Shown here: in pieces, positions 55,485-64,000 of the stretch | Position numbering within the stretch: the stretch's first letter is position 1 | Layout of the letters: the number at the start of each line of letters is the position of its first letter | Source: Candidatus Omnitrophota bacterium | GTDB taxonomy: Bacteria > Omnitrophota > Gorgyraeia > Duberdicusellales > 4484-171 | Direction: 5' to 3' | NCBI GenBank assembly: GCA_018826075.1 | Contig: JAHKAJ010000024.1 | Location: forward strand, 145,694 to 209,693 | Length of the DNA: 64,000 bases | Program-made: the position numbers and the translations under genes | The notes under the pieces: generated by a model | What the model saw: the letters and a program-made list of their open reading frames with translations, nothing else | What the model was told of the DNA's origin: nothing | The model's database searches: none

Positions 55485-58400
55485 TTATTTAGGCTCTTTT
55501 TCAGCCCGGACATCCAGGCACAACCCCTGCAACTCTTTTATCAAAACGTTAAATGACTCAGGCACCGAAGGATGAAACTTCTGCTCACCCCTGACTATGG
55601 CTTCGTAGATCCTGGTCCTTCCTTCAACGTCATCGCTCTTAACCGTCAGCATCTCCTGAAGAGTGAAGGCGGCTCCATAAGCTTCCAAAGCCCAAACTTC
55701 CATTTCACCAAAACGCTGGCCGCCGAATTGAGCCTTACCGCCTAAGGGCTGTTGGGTGATCAAAGAATACGGCCCAATAGCCCTAGCGTGGATCTTATCG
55801 TCAACCATATGAACCAGTTTCATTATATACATATAGCCTAAACCGATCTTCTGGCCAAACGGCTTTCCAGTATAGCCGTCAAAAAGTTCAACCTTACCGT
55901 CGGTAGGCAACTCGGCTTTTTTAAGCATCTCGCGGACATCTTCTTCTTTGGCTCCGTCGAAAACCGAGGAAATTACCCGCAGCCCCAGTTTTTTAGCGGC
56001 GTAACCTAAATGCATTTCCAAAAGCTGGCCGACATTCATCCTCGAAGGAACCCCCAGAGGATTCAACAGCAAATCTAAAGGTGTCCCGTCTTCTAAAAAC
56101 GGCATATCCTCTTCGGGTAAAATCTTAGAAATAACTCCTTTGTTTCCGTGGCGGCCGGAAAGTTTATCACCGGCGGAGATCTTTCGCTTCATGGCCACAA
56201 AAACTACCACTCTTTTTAAAACTCCAGCCGGAAGTTCATCACCTTTTTTTATTTTAGCAATCTCTAATTCCCGTTCTATAGCCAGTTCATTAAGCCGTTC
56301 ATCATAGATATTCATCGTAGCTCTGGCTTCTTCATTCTCTTCGCAATCAGCGGGATTGATCCGGGATTCGCTTTTACCCAAAATAGCGCTTAAGCGCCGG
56401 ATTTTTTCCCGCTCCAGCAATTCCTTTTCCTCGTCGTAATACCGTTCGATTTCTTTTATCCGTTTCAACTCTTCAGTTTTTTCTTTTTTGGGACGACGAC
56501 CCCGGTCTTTACGCTGGAAAACTTCCACTTCGGTAACCACCCCGTAAATACCCGGGGGAACTCGTAACGAAGTATCTTTTACATCAGCGGCTTTTTCACC
56601 AAAGATAGCCCTAAGCAGCCTCTCCTCGGGAGAAAGCTCTTTCTCGGTTTTAGGAGTTACCCTTCCGACCAAAATATCATCGGGCATCACCTCAGCGCCG
56701 ATCCTAACCACGCCGGTCTCATCAAGGTTATTCAAAACATCATCTCCGACGTTAGGTATATCCCGGGTAATTTCCTCATTACCCAAGCGGGTTTCGCGGG
56801 CTTCGATCTCAAAACGTTCGATATGCAAAGAAGTTAAAATATCATCTTTAACTAAACGTTCGCTGATAATAATAGCATCTTCAAAGTTATACCCACGCCA
56901 GGGCAGGAACCCTACTAAAATATTAGTTCCCAAAGCTAACTCTCCGCCTTGAGTGGCCATTCCATCAGCAATGATAGTACCTTTACGTATTTCATCGCCT
57001 TTATTCACCAATGGACGTTGGTTGATACAGGTATCGGCGTTAGAACGCGAGAATTTTTTCAACTTATAAGTAAAATTATCTATGGTTACCGAATCAGCGC
57101 TTATATTGGTCACTTTTCCCGACTCTTTACTGACCAACATAACGCCGGTATCCCGAGCCACTTTTTCCTCTACTCCGGTACCGACCAAGGGAGCTTGAGG
57201 AAACATCAATGGTACGGCCTGACGCTGCATGTTTGAACCCATCAACGCACGATTAGCATCATCATGTTCGAGAAAAGGGATCATCGCCGCTGAAACAGAA
57301 ATGATCTGTTGAGGGGAGATATCCATATATTCGATATCGCGCGGTTTACACTTGGGAAATTTTCCTTTAAGCCGGGCATAAATCTCAGTGTCCCTGATCT
57401 TACCGTCATCGGAAATATTACCTGAGACTTGAGCAATAGTCCTATTTTCCTCTTCGTCGCTCATCAAATAATCTACCTTATCCTGGACTACTCCGTTTTC
57501 GACTTTTCGATAAGGCGTAGTAAGAAAACCCAAGGGATTGATCCGGGAATAACTAGTCAGGGAAGAAAGCAAACCGATGTTAGCTCCTTCAGGAGTTTCA
57601 ATCGGGCAGATTTTTCCGTAATGGGTAGGATGAACGTCCCTGACTTCAAAACCGGCCCGCTCACGGGAAAGGCCACCCGGGCCCATGGCTGAAAGGCGCC
57701 GTTTATGAGTGAGCTCTGCCAGAGGATTAGTCTGATCCATAAATTGAGAAAGCGGCGAACGGGCAAAGAAATCCTGAATCTGAGTAGAAAAAGCCCTTGA
57801 GTTGATCAAATGCTGGATCGAAAAATCATTAGAGGAAATCAATGAATACCTCTCCATAAAAGTCCGCTCCACCCGCAAAAGCCCCACTCTTACCTGATGC
57901 TGGATAAGCTCACCGATAAGCTTAACCCGACGATTGGAAAGATGATCAATGTCATCGGTTTCCCGTTTACCGGCTTTAACCATCAACAAAGCTTTGATAA
58001 TCTCGATCACCGAGGCTAAATCCAAAGTCCGCTTGCTTAAGGGAAGTTCCATCCCCATTTTTTTATTGACTATATAACGTCCGACTTTGCCTAAGTCATA
58101 GCGGCGGTCGTCTAAAAACATCCGCTTGAATACTTCCTTAGCCGCTTCTAAAGTTATCGGCTCGGTAGGACGCATCTTTTTATAAAAATCCAGGTAAGCC
58201 TCTTCTTTATTGGTAGTCGAATCTTTTTTAACCGTATTGACTATTTCCGGATAAGGTTTGTCGGAAAATTTAGCATAGATCTCATCATTAGAAGATAAAC
58301 CGAGGATTCTCAAAACCTGAGTTGCCGGAAAGGTTTTTCGCCGGTCGATAATAGCAGTCAGAGTATCGTTGATATCGGTTCTGAATTCCAGCCAATACCC

Positions 58401-58901
58401 CCGGTAGGGAATAATTCTGGCATAATAAATACGTTTTCCGGTAGGATGCAATTCCTCTTCGATAAATATCCCCGGGGAACGCTGTAGCTGGCTGATGATC
58501 GCTCTTTCATCACCGTTTATTATAAAGGAAGCAGTCTCAGTCATCAAGGGAATGTCGCCGAGATAGATCTCCTGCTCCTTGACCGATCCCGAAGGATCAA
58601 CCAAACGCAAGCGGACTCGTAAAGAGGCAGCATAGGTCTGAGAACGCCGTTTACATTCCTCAACGCCATAGCGCGGCCGGCTTAAACTATAGGAAACATA
58701 TTCAAGACGGTATTGTTTATCCGGACTCTCCATCGGGAAAACTTCCTGGAGAATCTCCTGGAGGCCGACCGGTTTTCGTTTTTCCGGCACGATATTAGCC
58801 TGGAGAAATTCCTGGAAAGAACGGATCTGGTGCTCAAGAAGATGCGGCATGGACACGTTCTTTTTAATCCTGGCAAACGATAGCTTTTTGTCTTTCTTCA
58901 C
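55485..58901 (-). CDS. rpoB: DNA-directed RNA polymerase subunit beta.
   Basis: 1138 aa, a compact form without large lineage-specific insertions. Conserved Rif-cluster regions and the C-terminal GQRFGEMEVWALEAYGAA are present. Confidence 0.95.
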   Translation of the reverse strand: MKKDKKLSFARIKKNVSMPHLLEHQIRSFQEFLQANIVPEKRKPVGLQEILQEVFPMESPDKQYRLEYVSYSLSRPRYGVEECKRRSQTYAASLRVRLRLVDPSGSVKEQEIYLGDIPLMTETASFIINGDERAIISQLQRSPGIFIEEELHPTGKRIYYARIIPYRGYWLEFRTDINDTLTAIIDRRKTFPATQVLRILGLSSNDEIYAKFSDKPYPEIVNTVKKDSTTNKEEAYLDFYKKMRPTEPITLEAAKEVFKRMFLDDRRYDLGKVGRYIVNKKMGMELPLSKRTLDLASVIEIIKALLMVKAGKRETDDIDHLSNRRVKLIGELIQHQVRVGLLRVERTFMERYSLISSNDFSIQHLINSRAFSTQIQDFFARSPLSQFMDQTNPLAELTHKRRLSAMGPGGLSRERAGFEVRDVHPTHYGKICPIETPEGANIGLLSSLTSYSRINPLGFLTTPYRKVENGVVQDKVDYLMSDEEENRTIAQVSGNISDDGKIRDTEIYARLKGKFPKCKPRDIEYMDISPQQIISVSAAMIPFLEHDDANRALMGSNMQRQAVPLMFPQAPLVGTGVEEKVARDTGVMLVSKESGKVTNISADSVTIDNFTYKLKKFSRSNADTCINQRPLVNKGDEIRKGTIIADGMATQGGELALGTNILVGFLPWRGYNFEDAIIISERLVKDDILTSLHIERFEIEARETRLGNEEITRDIPNVGDDVLNNLDETGVVRIGAEVMPDDILVGRVTPKTEKELSPEERLLRAIFGEKAADVKDTSLRVPPGIYGVVTEVEVFQRKDRGRRPKKEKTEELKRIKEIERYYDEEKELLEREKIRRLSAILGKSESRINPADCEENEEARATMNIYDERLNELAIERELEIAKIKKGDELPAGVLKRVVVFVAMKRKISAGDKLSGRHGNKGVISKILPEEDMPFLEDGTPLDLLLNPLGVPSRMNVGQLLEMHLGYAAKKLGLRVISSVFDGAKEEDVREMLKKAELPTDGKVELFDGYTGKPFGQKIGLGYMYIMKLVHMVDDKIHARAIGPYSLITQQPLGGKAQFGGQRFGEMEVWALEAYGAAFTLQEMLTVKSDDVEGRTRIYEAIVRGEQKFHPSVPESFNVLIKELQGLCLDVRAEKEPK

Positions 58902-58960
58902 TTATCCTCCTCAATTCCTTCTGACAATAATTCAGAAGGTCGATTTCTGATCTCGCCTTT

Positions 58961-58991
58961 GGATAAACAAAAAACTCAGTAAAGATTTACT
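58961..58991 (-). terminator. Putative rplL-rpoB attenuator: a short AT-rich hairpin overlapping the rplL stop, followed by a U-tract (GAGUUUUUUGUUUAUCC).
   Basis: Read on the minus strand: AGUAA-agau-UUACU followed by UUUUUUGUUU. The stem is weak (5 bp, AT-rich), so confidence is low. An additional 8-bp hairpin CCTTCTGAcaataaTTCAGAAGG lies at 58925..58947. Confidence 0.3.
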
Positions 58992-59367
58992 TTAATTCTA
59001 CCGTGGCGCCGGCTGCTTCCAATTTTTTCTTGACTTCTTCGGCTTCTTCCTTAGAAACATTCTCTTTGACTGTCTTGGGAGCCGAATCAGCAAGATCCTT
59101 GGCTTCTTTTAATCCCAAATCAGTTACTGCCCGGATTTCTTTGATCACCGCGATCTTGTTTCCGCCGACTGAAAGCAGAACTACATTGAAAGAAGTCTTG
59201 ACTTCTTCCTCTTCGGCTGCGGCTCCCGGAACACCTGCCTGGGCCATGGCCATTGCCGGTGCAGAAGCGCTCACTCCGAATTTCTCTTCGCAAGCCTTCA
59301 CTAACTCGGAAAGTTCAAGCACGGTCATCTCTTCAACCATTTTTAAAATATCCTGCACGTTTGACAT
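58987..59367 (-). CDS. rplL: 50S ribosomal protein L7/L12.
   Basis: 126 aa, an Ala/Glu-rich flexible hinge and a conserved C-terminal domain (...[40 protein letters not shown]). Confidence 0.95.
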   Translation of the reverse strand: MSNVQDILKMVEEMTVLELSELVKACEEKFGVSASAPAMAMAQAGVPGAAAEEEEVKTSFNVVLLSVGGNKIAVIKEIRAVTDLGLKEAKDLADSAPKTVKENVSKEEAEEVKKKLEAAGATVELK

Positions 59368-59377
59368 AAAACCCTCC

Positions 59378-59935
59378 TCACTTTTTATCTGTCTGTTCTT
59401 TGGCTTTTCTCACTTCCTCGACTGCCCAAACAAATTTTAAAATTACCTGATTTAAACAGCGGGCAAAACCGGATATCGGAGCAGCCAAGCCGGAAACCGC
59501 CATTCCCAGGAGAATCTCCCGGGAAGGAAGTTTAGCCATAGCCTGCACTTCTTTAGCGCTTAATTTTTTAGAATCGATCTGGGCCCCTTTAACTTCAAGC
59601 AGTTCACTTTCCTTGGCAAAATCAACTATTGCCTTGCAGGCTTCAACCAGATCTTTCTCGTAGACTAAAACAGCCCCAGTCTCTTTTTTATCCAGCAGGC
59701 CTTCCTGATCAGTCCAGCCTAGATCATCAAACACCCGCTTAAACAAAGTATTTTTAGTCACCAGAACTTTAGCCCCGACTTTAGTCAGGTTATTACGCAG
59801 TTGATTGAAGCTAAAAGCTTCGACCTTATTAAAACTGACAAAAAAACAACCGTTAGCCTGGCTGATCTCTTCTTTCAAATCCTTAGCCATGCGTTCCCGG
59901 ACCAGGAACCCTATTTTTTTGACTTCTTTAATCAT
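59378..59935 (-). CDS. rplJ: 50S ribosomal protein L10.
   Basis: 185 aa; canonical position between rplA and rplL. Confidence 0.85.
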   Translation of the reverse strand: MIKEVKKIGFLVRERMAKDLKEEISQANGCFFVSFNKVEAFSFNQLRNNLTKVGAKVLVTKNTLFKRVFDDLGWTDQEGLLDKKETGAVLVYEKDLVEACKAIVDFAKESELLEVKGAQIDSKKLSAKEVQAMAKLPSREILLGMAVSGLAAPISGFARCLNQVILKFVWAVEEVRKAKEQTDKK

Positions 59936-60638
59936 TTTTGAATCCTAGATTTTTTGCCTGCACATCGATCCTGACTGAGGGGCTCATGGTGGTAGAAACA
60001 TAAATACTTTTTAGAAAATCGCCTTTTAAGCTTTGAGGCCGGACACTGACCAAAGCATCGATAAAAGCCGATATGTTTTCGTTGAGCGCCTGTTTATCAA
60101 AAGAGATCTTACCTACACCGACATGGATACAGCCAAGTTTATCCACCCGGAAATCGATTTTGCCGCGCTTGGCTTCAGCCACAGCATAAGCCACATTTTC
60201 GGTGACTGTCCCGGTCTTTGGCGATGGCATCAACCCGCGGGGGCCTAAAAATTTTCCCAATTTACTTACCGACCGCATCATCGAAGGAGTCGAGACACAA
60301 CATCCGAAATCAGTCCAGCCGTCATTTAAAATTTTATTAATGATGTCTTCAGAACCGATATAATCTGCTCCGGCCTCTTTGGCATCTTTTTCCTTCTCGG
60401 ACTCGCAAAAAACTAAAACTTTTATGGTTTTACCGGTGCCGTGCGGTAGAACTACCGACCCTCTGACCATCTGATCTGAAAGCTTAGGGTCAATGCCGAG
60501 TTTTCCGCTGATCTCCACAGTTTCATCAAACTTATGATGAGGCATACTTTTTAATATTTCCACAGCCTCCTTGAGAGGATAAACTTGATCTTCGTTAACC
60601 AGTTTTTTTGCTTCTAAATATAATTTTGCGCGTTTCAT
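59928..60638 (-). CDS. rplA: 50S ribosomal protein L1.
   Basis: 236 aa with conserved L1 blocks. It overlaps the rplJ start by 8 nt. Confidence 0.9.
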   Translation of the reverse strand: MKRAKLYLEAKKLVNEDQVYPLKEAVEILKSMPHHKFDETVEISGKLGIDPKLSDQMVRGSVVLPHGTGKTIKVLVFCESEKEKDAKEAGADYIGSEDIINKILNDGWTDFGCCVSTPSMMRSVSKLGKFLGPRGLMPSPKTGTVTENVAYAVAEAKRGKIDFRVDKLGCIHVGVGKISFDKQALNENISAFIDALVSVRPQSLKGDFLKSIYVSTTMSPSVRIDVQAKNLGFKND

Positions 60639-60645
60639 TATGGCC

Positions 60646-61080
60646 TCAAACTACTTTTATCCCGCAACTTCTGGCTGTACCTTCAACGATCCGAACAGCC
60701 GCTTCTAAATCGGCGGTATTTAAATCCGGCATTTTTTCTTTAGCGATCTCCAACACCTGGGCTTTAGTCACCTGGCCAATGATCTCTTTGCCGGCCAGAG
60801 AACTGGCTTTAGCTAAATTAGCTGCCCGCTTTAATAAAAAAGAAACCGGGGGAGTCTTAGTTATGAAATCATAAGACTTATCTTCGTAAAGGCTTATGAT
60901 CACCGGAAGGATCACCCCTTCTTTCTGTTTAGTGACGTCATTAAAAGCTTTACAAAACTGACCGGGGTTTATTCCGTGCTGGCCTAAGGCCGGCCCTACC
61001 GGCGGCATAGCTGTAGCCGCTCCGGCGGGAATCTGCAATTTTATCTGGGTAATCAGTTTTTTCTTTTTCTTTTTAGCCAT
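60646..61080 (-). CDS. rplK: 50S ribosomal protein L11. The start is trimmed to MAKKKKKK.
   Basis: [35 protein letters not shown] is the canonical L11 N-domain. The longer ORF upstream overlaps nusG and is not supported. Confidence 0.9.
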   Translation of the reverse strand: MAKKKKKKLITQIKLQIPAGAATAMPPVGPALGQHGINPGQFCKAFNDVTKQKEGVILPVIISLYEDKSYDFITKTPPVSFLLKRAANLAKASSLAGKEIIGQVTKAQVLEIAKEKMPDLNTADLEAAVRIVEGTARSCGIKVV

Positions 61081-61081
61081 A

Positions 61082-61609
61082 TTAGATCTTCTCCACTTGC
61101 CAGAATTCCAGCTCAACCGGAGTAGTCCGGCCAAAAATAGAAGCGCTGACTTTTAGCTTGCCTTTATCCGGATAAACTTCCTCGACTGTACCATTAAAGT
61201 TTATAAACGGGCCTTCCACCACTCTGACACTTTCACCTTTTTCAAAACTCACCTTAGGGGCAGGCTTAGCCTTGCTTTCTTCAGCTTTGGCGAAAATCCT
61301 GTCAACTTCTTCCTGGGATATCGGTGAAGGTTTGCGGCGAGGTCCGATAAAAGCGGTAATCCCGGGGGTTTTTCGCACAAACAACCAGGAATCATCGTTC
61401 ATTTCCATGCGGATGAGAATATAGCCGGGGAAAAATTTACGCTCAAGAACCCGTTTCTTGCCCAGCTTGACTTCGGTAATCTGTTCTTTGGGAATAATTA
61501 CCTCATCGATAAGTTCCTGGTAATTATGGGCTTTGATTCGCGCCTGGAGGTTATTTCTAGCCTGGTCTTCAGCGCCGCTAAGCGTATGTAAAATATACCA
61601 CTGCTTCAT
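61082..61609 (-). CDS. nusG: Transcription termination/antitermination factor NusG. The start is trimmed to MKQWYILHT.
   Basis: NGN domain [12 protein letters not shown]...; the KOW domain is at the C-terminus (…[18 protein letters not shown]…). The ATGA overlap with the secE stop fits a trimmed start at 61609. Confidence 0.9.
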   Translation of the reverse strand: MKQWYILHTLSGAEDQARNNLQARIKAHNYQELIDEVIIPKEQITEVKLGKKRVLERKFFPGYILIRMEMNDDSWLFVRKTPGITAFIGPRRKPSPISQEEVDRIFAKAEESKAKPAPKVSFEKGESVRVVEGPFINFNGTVEEVYPDKGKLKVSASIFGRTTPVELEFWQVEKI

Positions 61610-61800
61610 TTTAAAATCAGCTGGATTAAATTCGACATCCCGATGTCGACCGCAAAGATATAAACCGTTAGGATAACCGAAACTATGACCACTAGCCAAG
61701 CCGCAGAAATCAATTCTTGGCGGCTGGACCAATTAACTTTTTTCAGTTCGTCGTTTACTTCTCTAAAAAACGCCGGTATTCGTTTTAGCTTATTAATCAT
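61606..61800 (-). CDS. secE: Preprotein translocase subunit SecE.
   Basis: 64 aa with a single C-terminal TM helix (AAWLVVIVSVILTVYIFAVD). The position tRNA-Trp, secE, nusG is canonical. Confidence 0.8.
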   Translation of the reverse strand: MINKLKRIPAFFREVNDELKKVNWSSRQELISAAWLVVIVSVILTVYIFAVDIGMSNLIQLILK

Positions 61801-61826
61801 TTAAAATAATTGTTGCTATCTAAAAG

Positions 61827-61900
61827 CAGGCGAGGCAGGAGTTGAACCTGCAACCCCCGGTTTTGGAGACCGGTGCTCTAGCCAATTGAGCTACTCGCCT
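61827..61900 (-). tRNA. tRNA-Trp (anticodon CCA).
   Basis: Manual fold: acceptor AGGCGAG/CUCGCCU, D-stem GCUC/GAGC, anticodon stem CCGGU/ACCGG with loop CUCCAAA, T-arm GCAGG-UUCAACU-CCUGC. The 74-nt gene has no encoded CCA. Confidence 0.85.
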
Positions 61901-61968
61901 AATCTAGAACCGGTAATCTCCCTACCCACTATTTAATCAAATAGCAGTTAAGCCGCCGCCTAAATAGA

Positions 61969-62121
61969 CTACGGCTTGGCTTCTTTATGTTCAGTATGCT
62001 TACGTTCAAATCGACAGTACTTCTTAATCGTAGCTTTCTCCGGATGCTTACGTTTATTTTTAGTCAAATAGTAATTCTTCCGTTTGCAGACAGTACAGGT
62101 TAAGGCGATTAACTCTCTCAT
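61969..62121 (-). CDS. rpmG: 50S ribosomal protein L33 (zinc-binding type). It is absent from the ORF track because it is 50 aa long.
   Basis: Manual translation gives MRELIALTCTVCKRKNYYLTKNKRKHPEKATIKKYCRFERKHTEHKEAKP, with the C-x2-C...C-x-F..H pattern typical of L33. Confidence 0.8.
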   Translation of the reverse strand: MRELIALTCTVCKRKNYYLTKNKRKHPEKATIKKYCRFERKHTEHKEAKP

Positions 62122-62206
62122 AATATTTAAATAATAAAAAAGCGAAGAGCCTAAAAAACCCCCGCCCCACTTTTGTGGTCTTCTTGAAAATCCCTATTGT
62201 CTATTA

Positions 62207-62279
62207 AGCCCACGACCAGAATCGAACCGGTGACCTCTTCGTTACCAACGAAGTGCTCTACCGACTGAGCTACGTGGGC
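62207..62279 (-). tRNA. tRNA-Thr (anticodon GGU).
   Basis: Manual fold: acceptor GCCCACG/CGUGGGC, D-arm GCUC-AGUCGGU-AGAGC, anticodon stem CUUCG/CGAAG with loop UUGGUAA, T-arm ACCGG-UUCGAUU-CUGGU. Confidence 0.85.
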
Positions 62280-62349
62280 GATTTATCTTAGTATATAAAT
62301 ACTATTAGAAAACTAAAAGACCTAACGATGTTACTATAAAGTTATTTTT

Positions 62350-62378
62350 TGTCAAGAAAAAAATAAAAAATTTTTCAG
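62350..62378 (-). promoter_or_regulatory. Candidate strong promoter for the tRNA-Thr/rpmG/tRNA-Trp/secE transcription unit: -35 TTGACA (62350..62355) preceded by an A/T-rich UP-like tract (62356..62378).
   Basis: Read on the minus strand: AAAAATTTTTTATTTTTTTC-TTGACA. A clean -10 at 17-bp spacing is not evident; the candidates are TATAGT or TATACT nearer the tRNA. This is a partial call. Confidence 0.3.
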
Positions 62379-62385
62379 GCGGTCT

Positions 62386-64000
<1,615 letters not shown>

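Noticed and set aside
62122-62206. G-rich run followed by a T-tract (GTGGGGCGGGGGTTTTTT on the minus strand) between tRNA-Thr and rpmG, considered as a terminator.
   Set aside because: There is no complementary C-rich arm upstream to form a stem. It is probably just a spacer or promoter-proximal sequence.

Overview
This 64 kb window has every supportable gene on the minus strand and comes from a diderm (LPS-making) bacterium, probably an uncultivated anaerobe; no phylum can be assigned from sequence alone. The gene order from the 3' end of the window to its 5' end is as follows.

- (a) An essentially contiguous ribosomal super-operon: ligA' (5'-partial), tRNA-Thr, rpmG, tRNA-Trp, secE-nusG-rplKAJL-rpoBC, rpsLG-fusA-tuf, S10/spc/alpha clusters, ending at rplQ.
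- (b) An amino-acid/central-metabolism block: aminotransferase, leuC, pilT, leuD, an IDH/LeuB-family dehydrogenase, mdh/ldh, an Lpd-like flavoprotein, a PagL-like outer membrane protein, a GNAT, an acyl-CoA dehydrogenase.
- (c) aroK-dprA-topA-xerC(codV-like).
- (d) A tightly coupled lipid A/LPS-core operon: waaA, lpxK, an LpxL-ELM1-like fusion, a GT4-GT9 fusion, GT4, a NodB deacetylase, and three GT9 heptosyltransferase paralogues.
- (e) A 9-gene translationally coupled [NiFe]-hydrogenase operon, which is the most interesting feature. It joins an Ech-like group-4 catalytic core (NuoD-like large subunit with intact Ni-binding Cys motifs, NuoB/C/H-like subunits, a 4Fe-4S ferredoxin, NuoL-like and NuoK-like membrane subunits) to a sulfhydrogenase/AsrAB-like NAD(P)H-binding beta/gamma pair.

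Upstream of the hydrogenase operon sit a sigma70-like promoter and a perfect TGTGA-N6-TCACA palindrome that also fits a Rex-type operator. Other notable points are a Cys4 insertion in EF-Tu, loss of rpmD, a structured 99-nt rpsJ-rplC spacer, intercistronic hairpins, and paired palindromic repeats inside the hydrogenase operon. No CRISPR array, transposase or obvious mobile element was seen.
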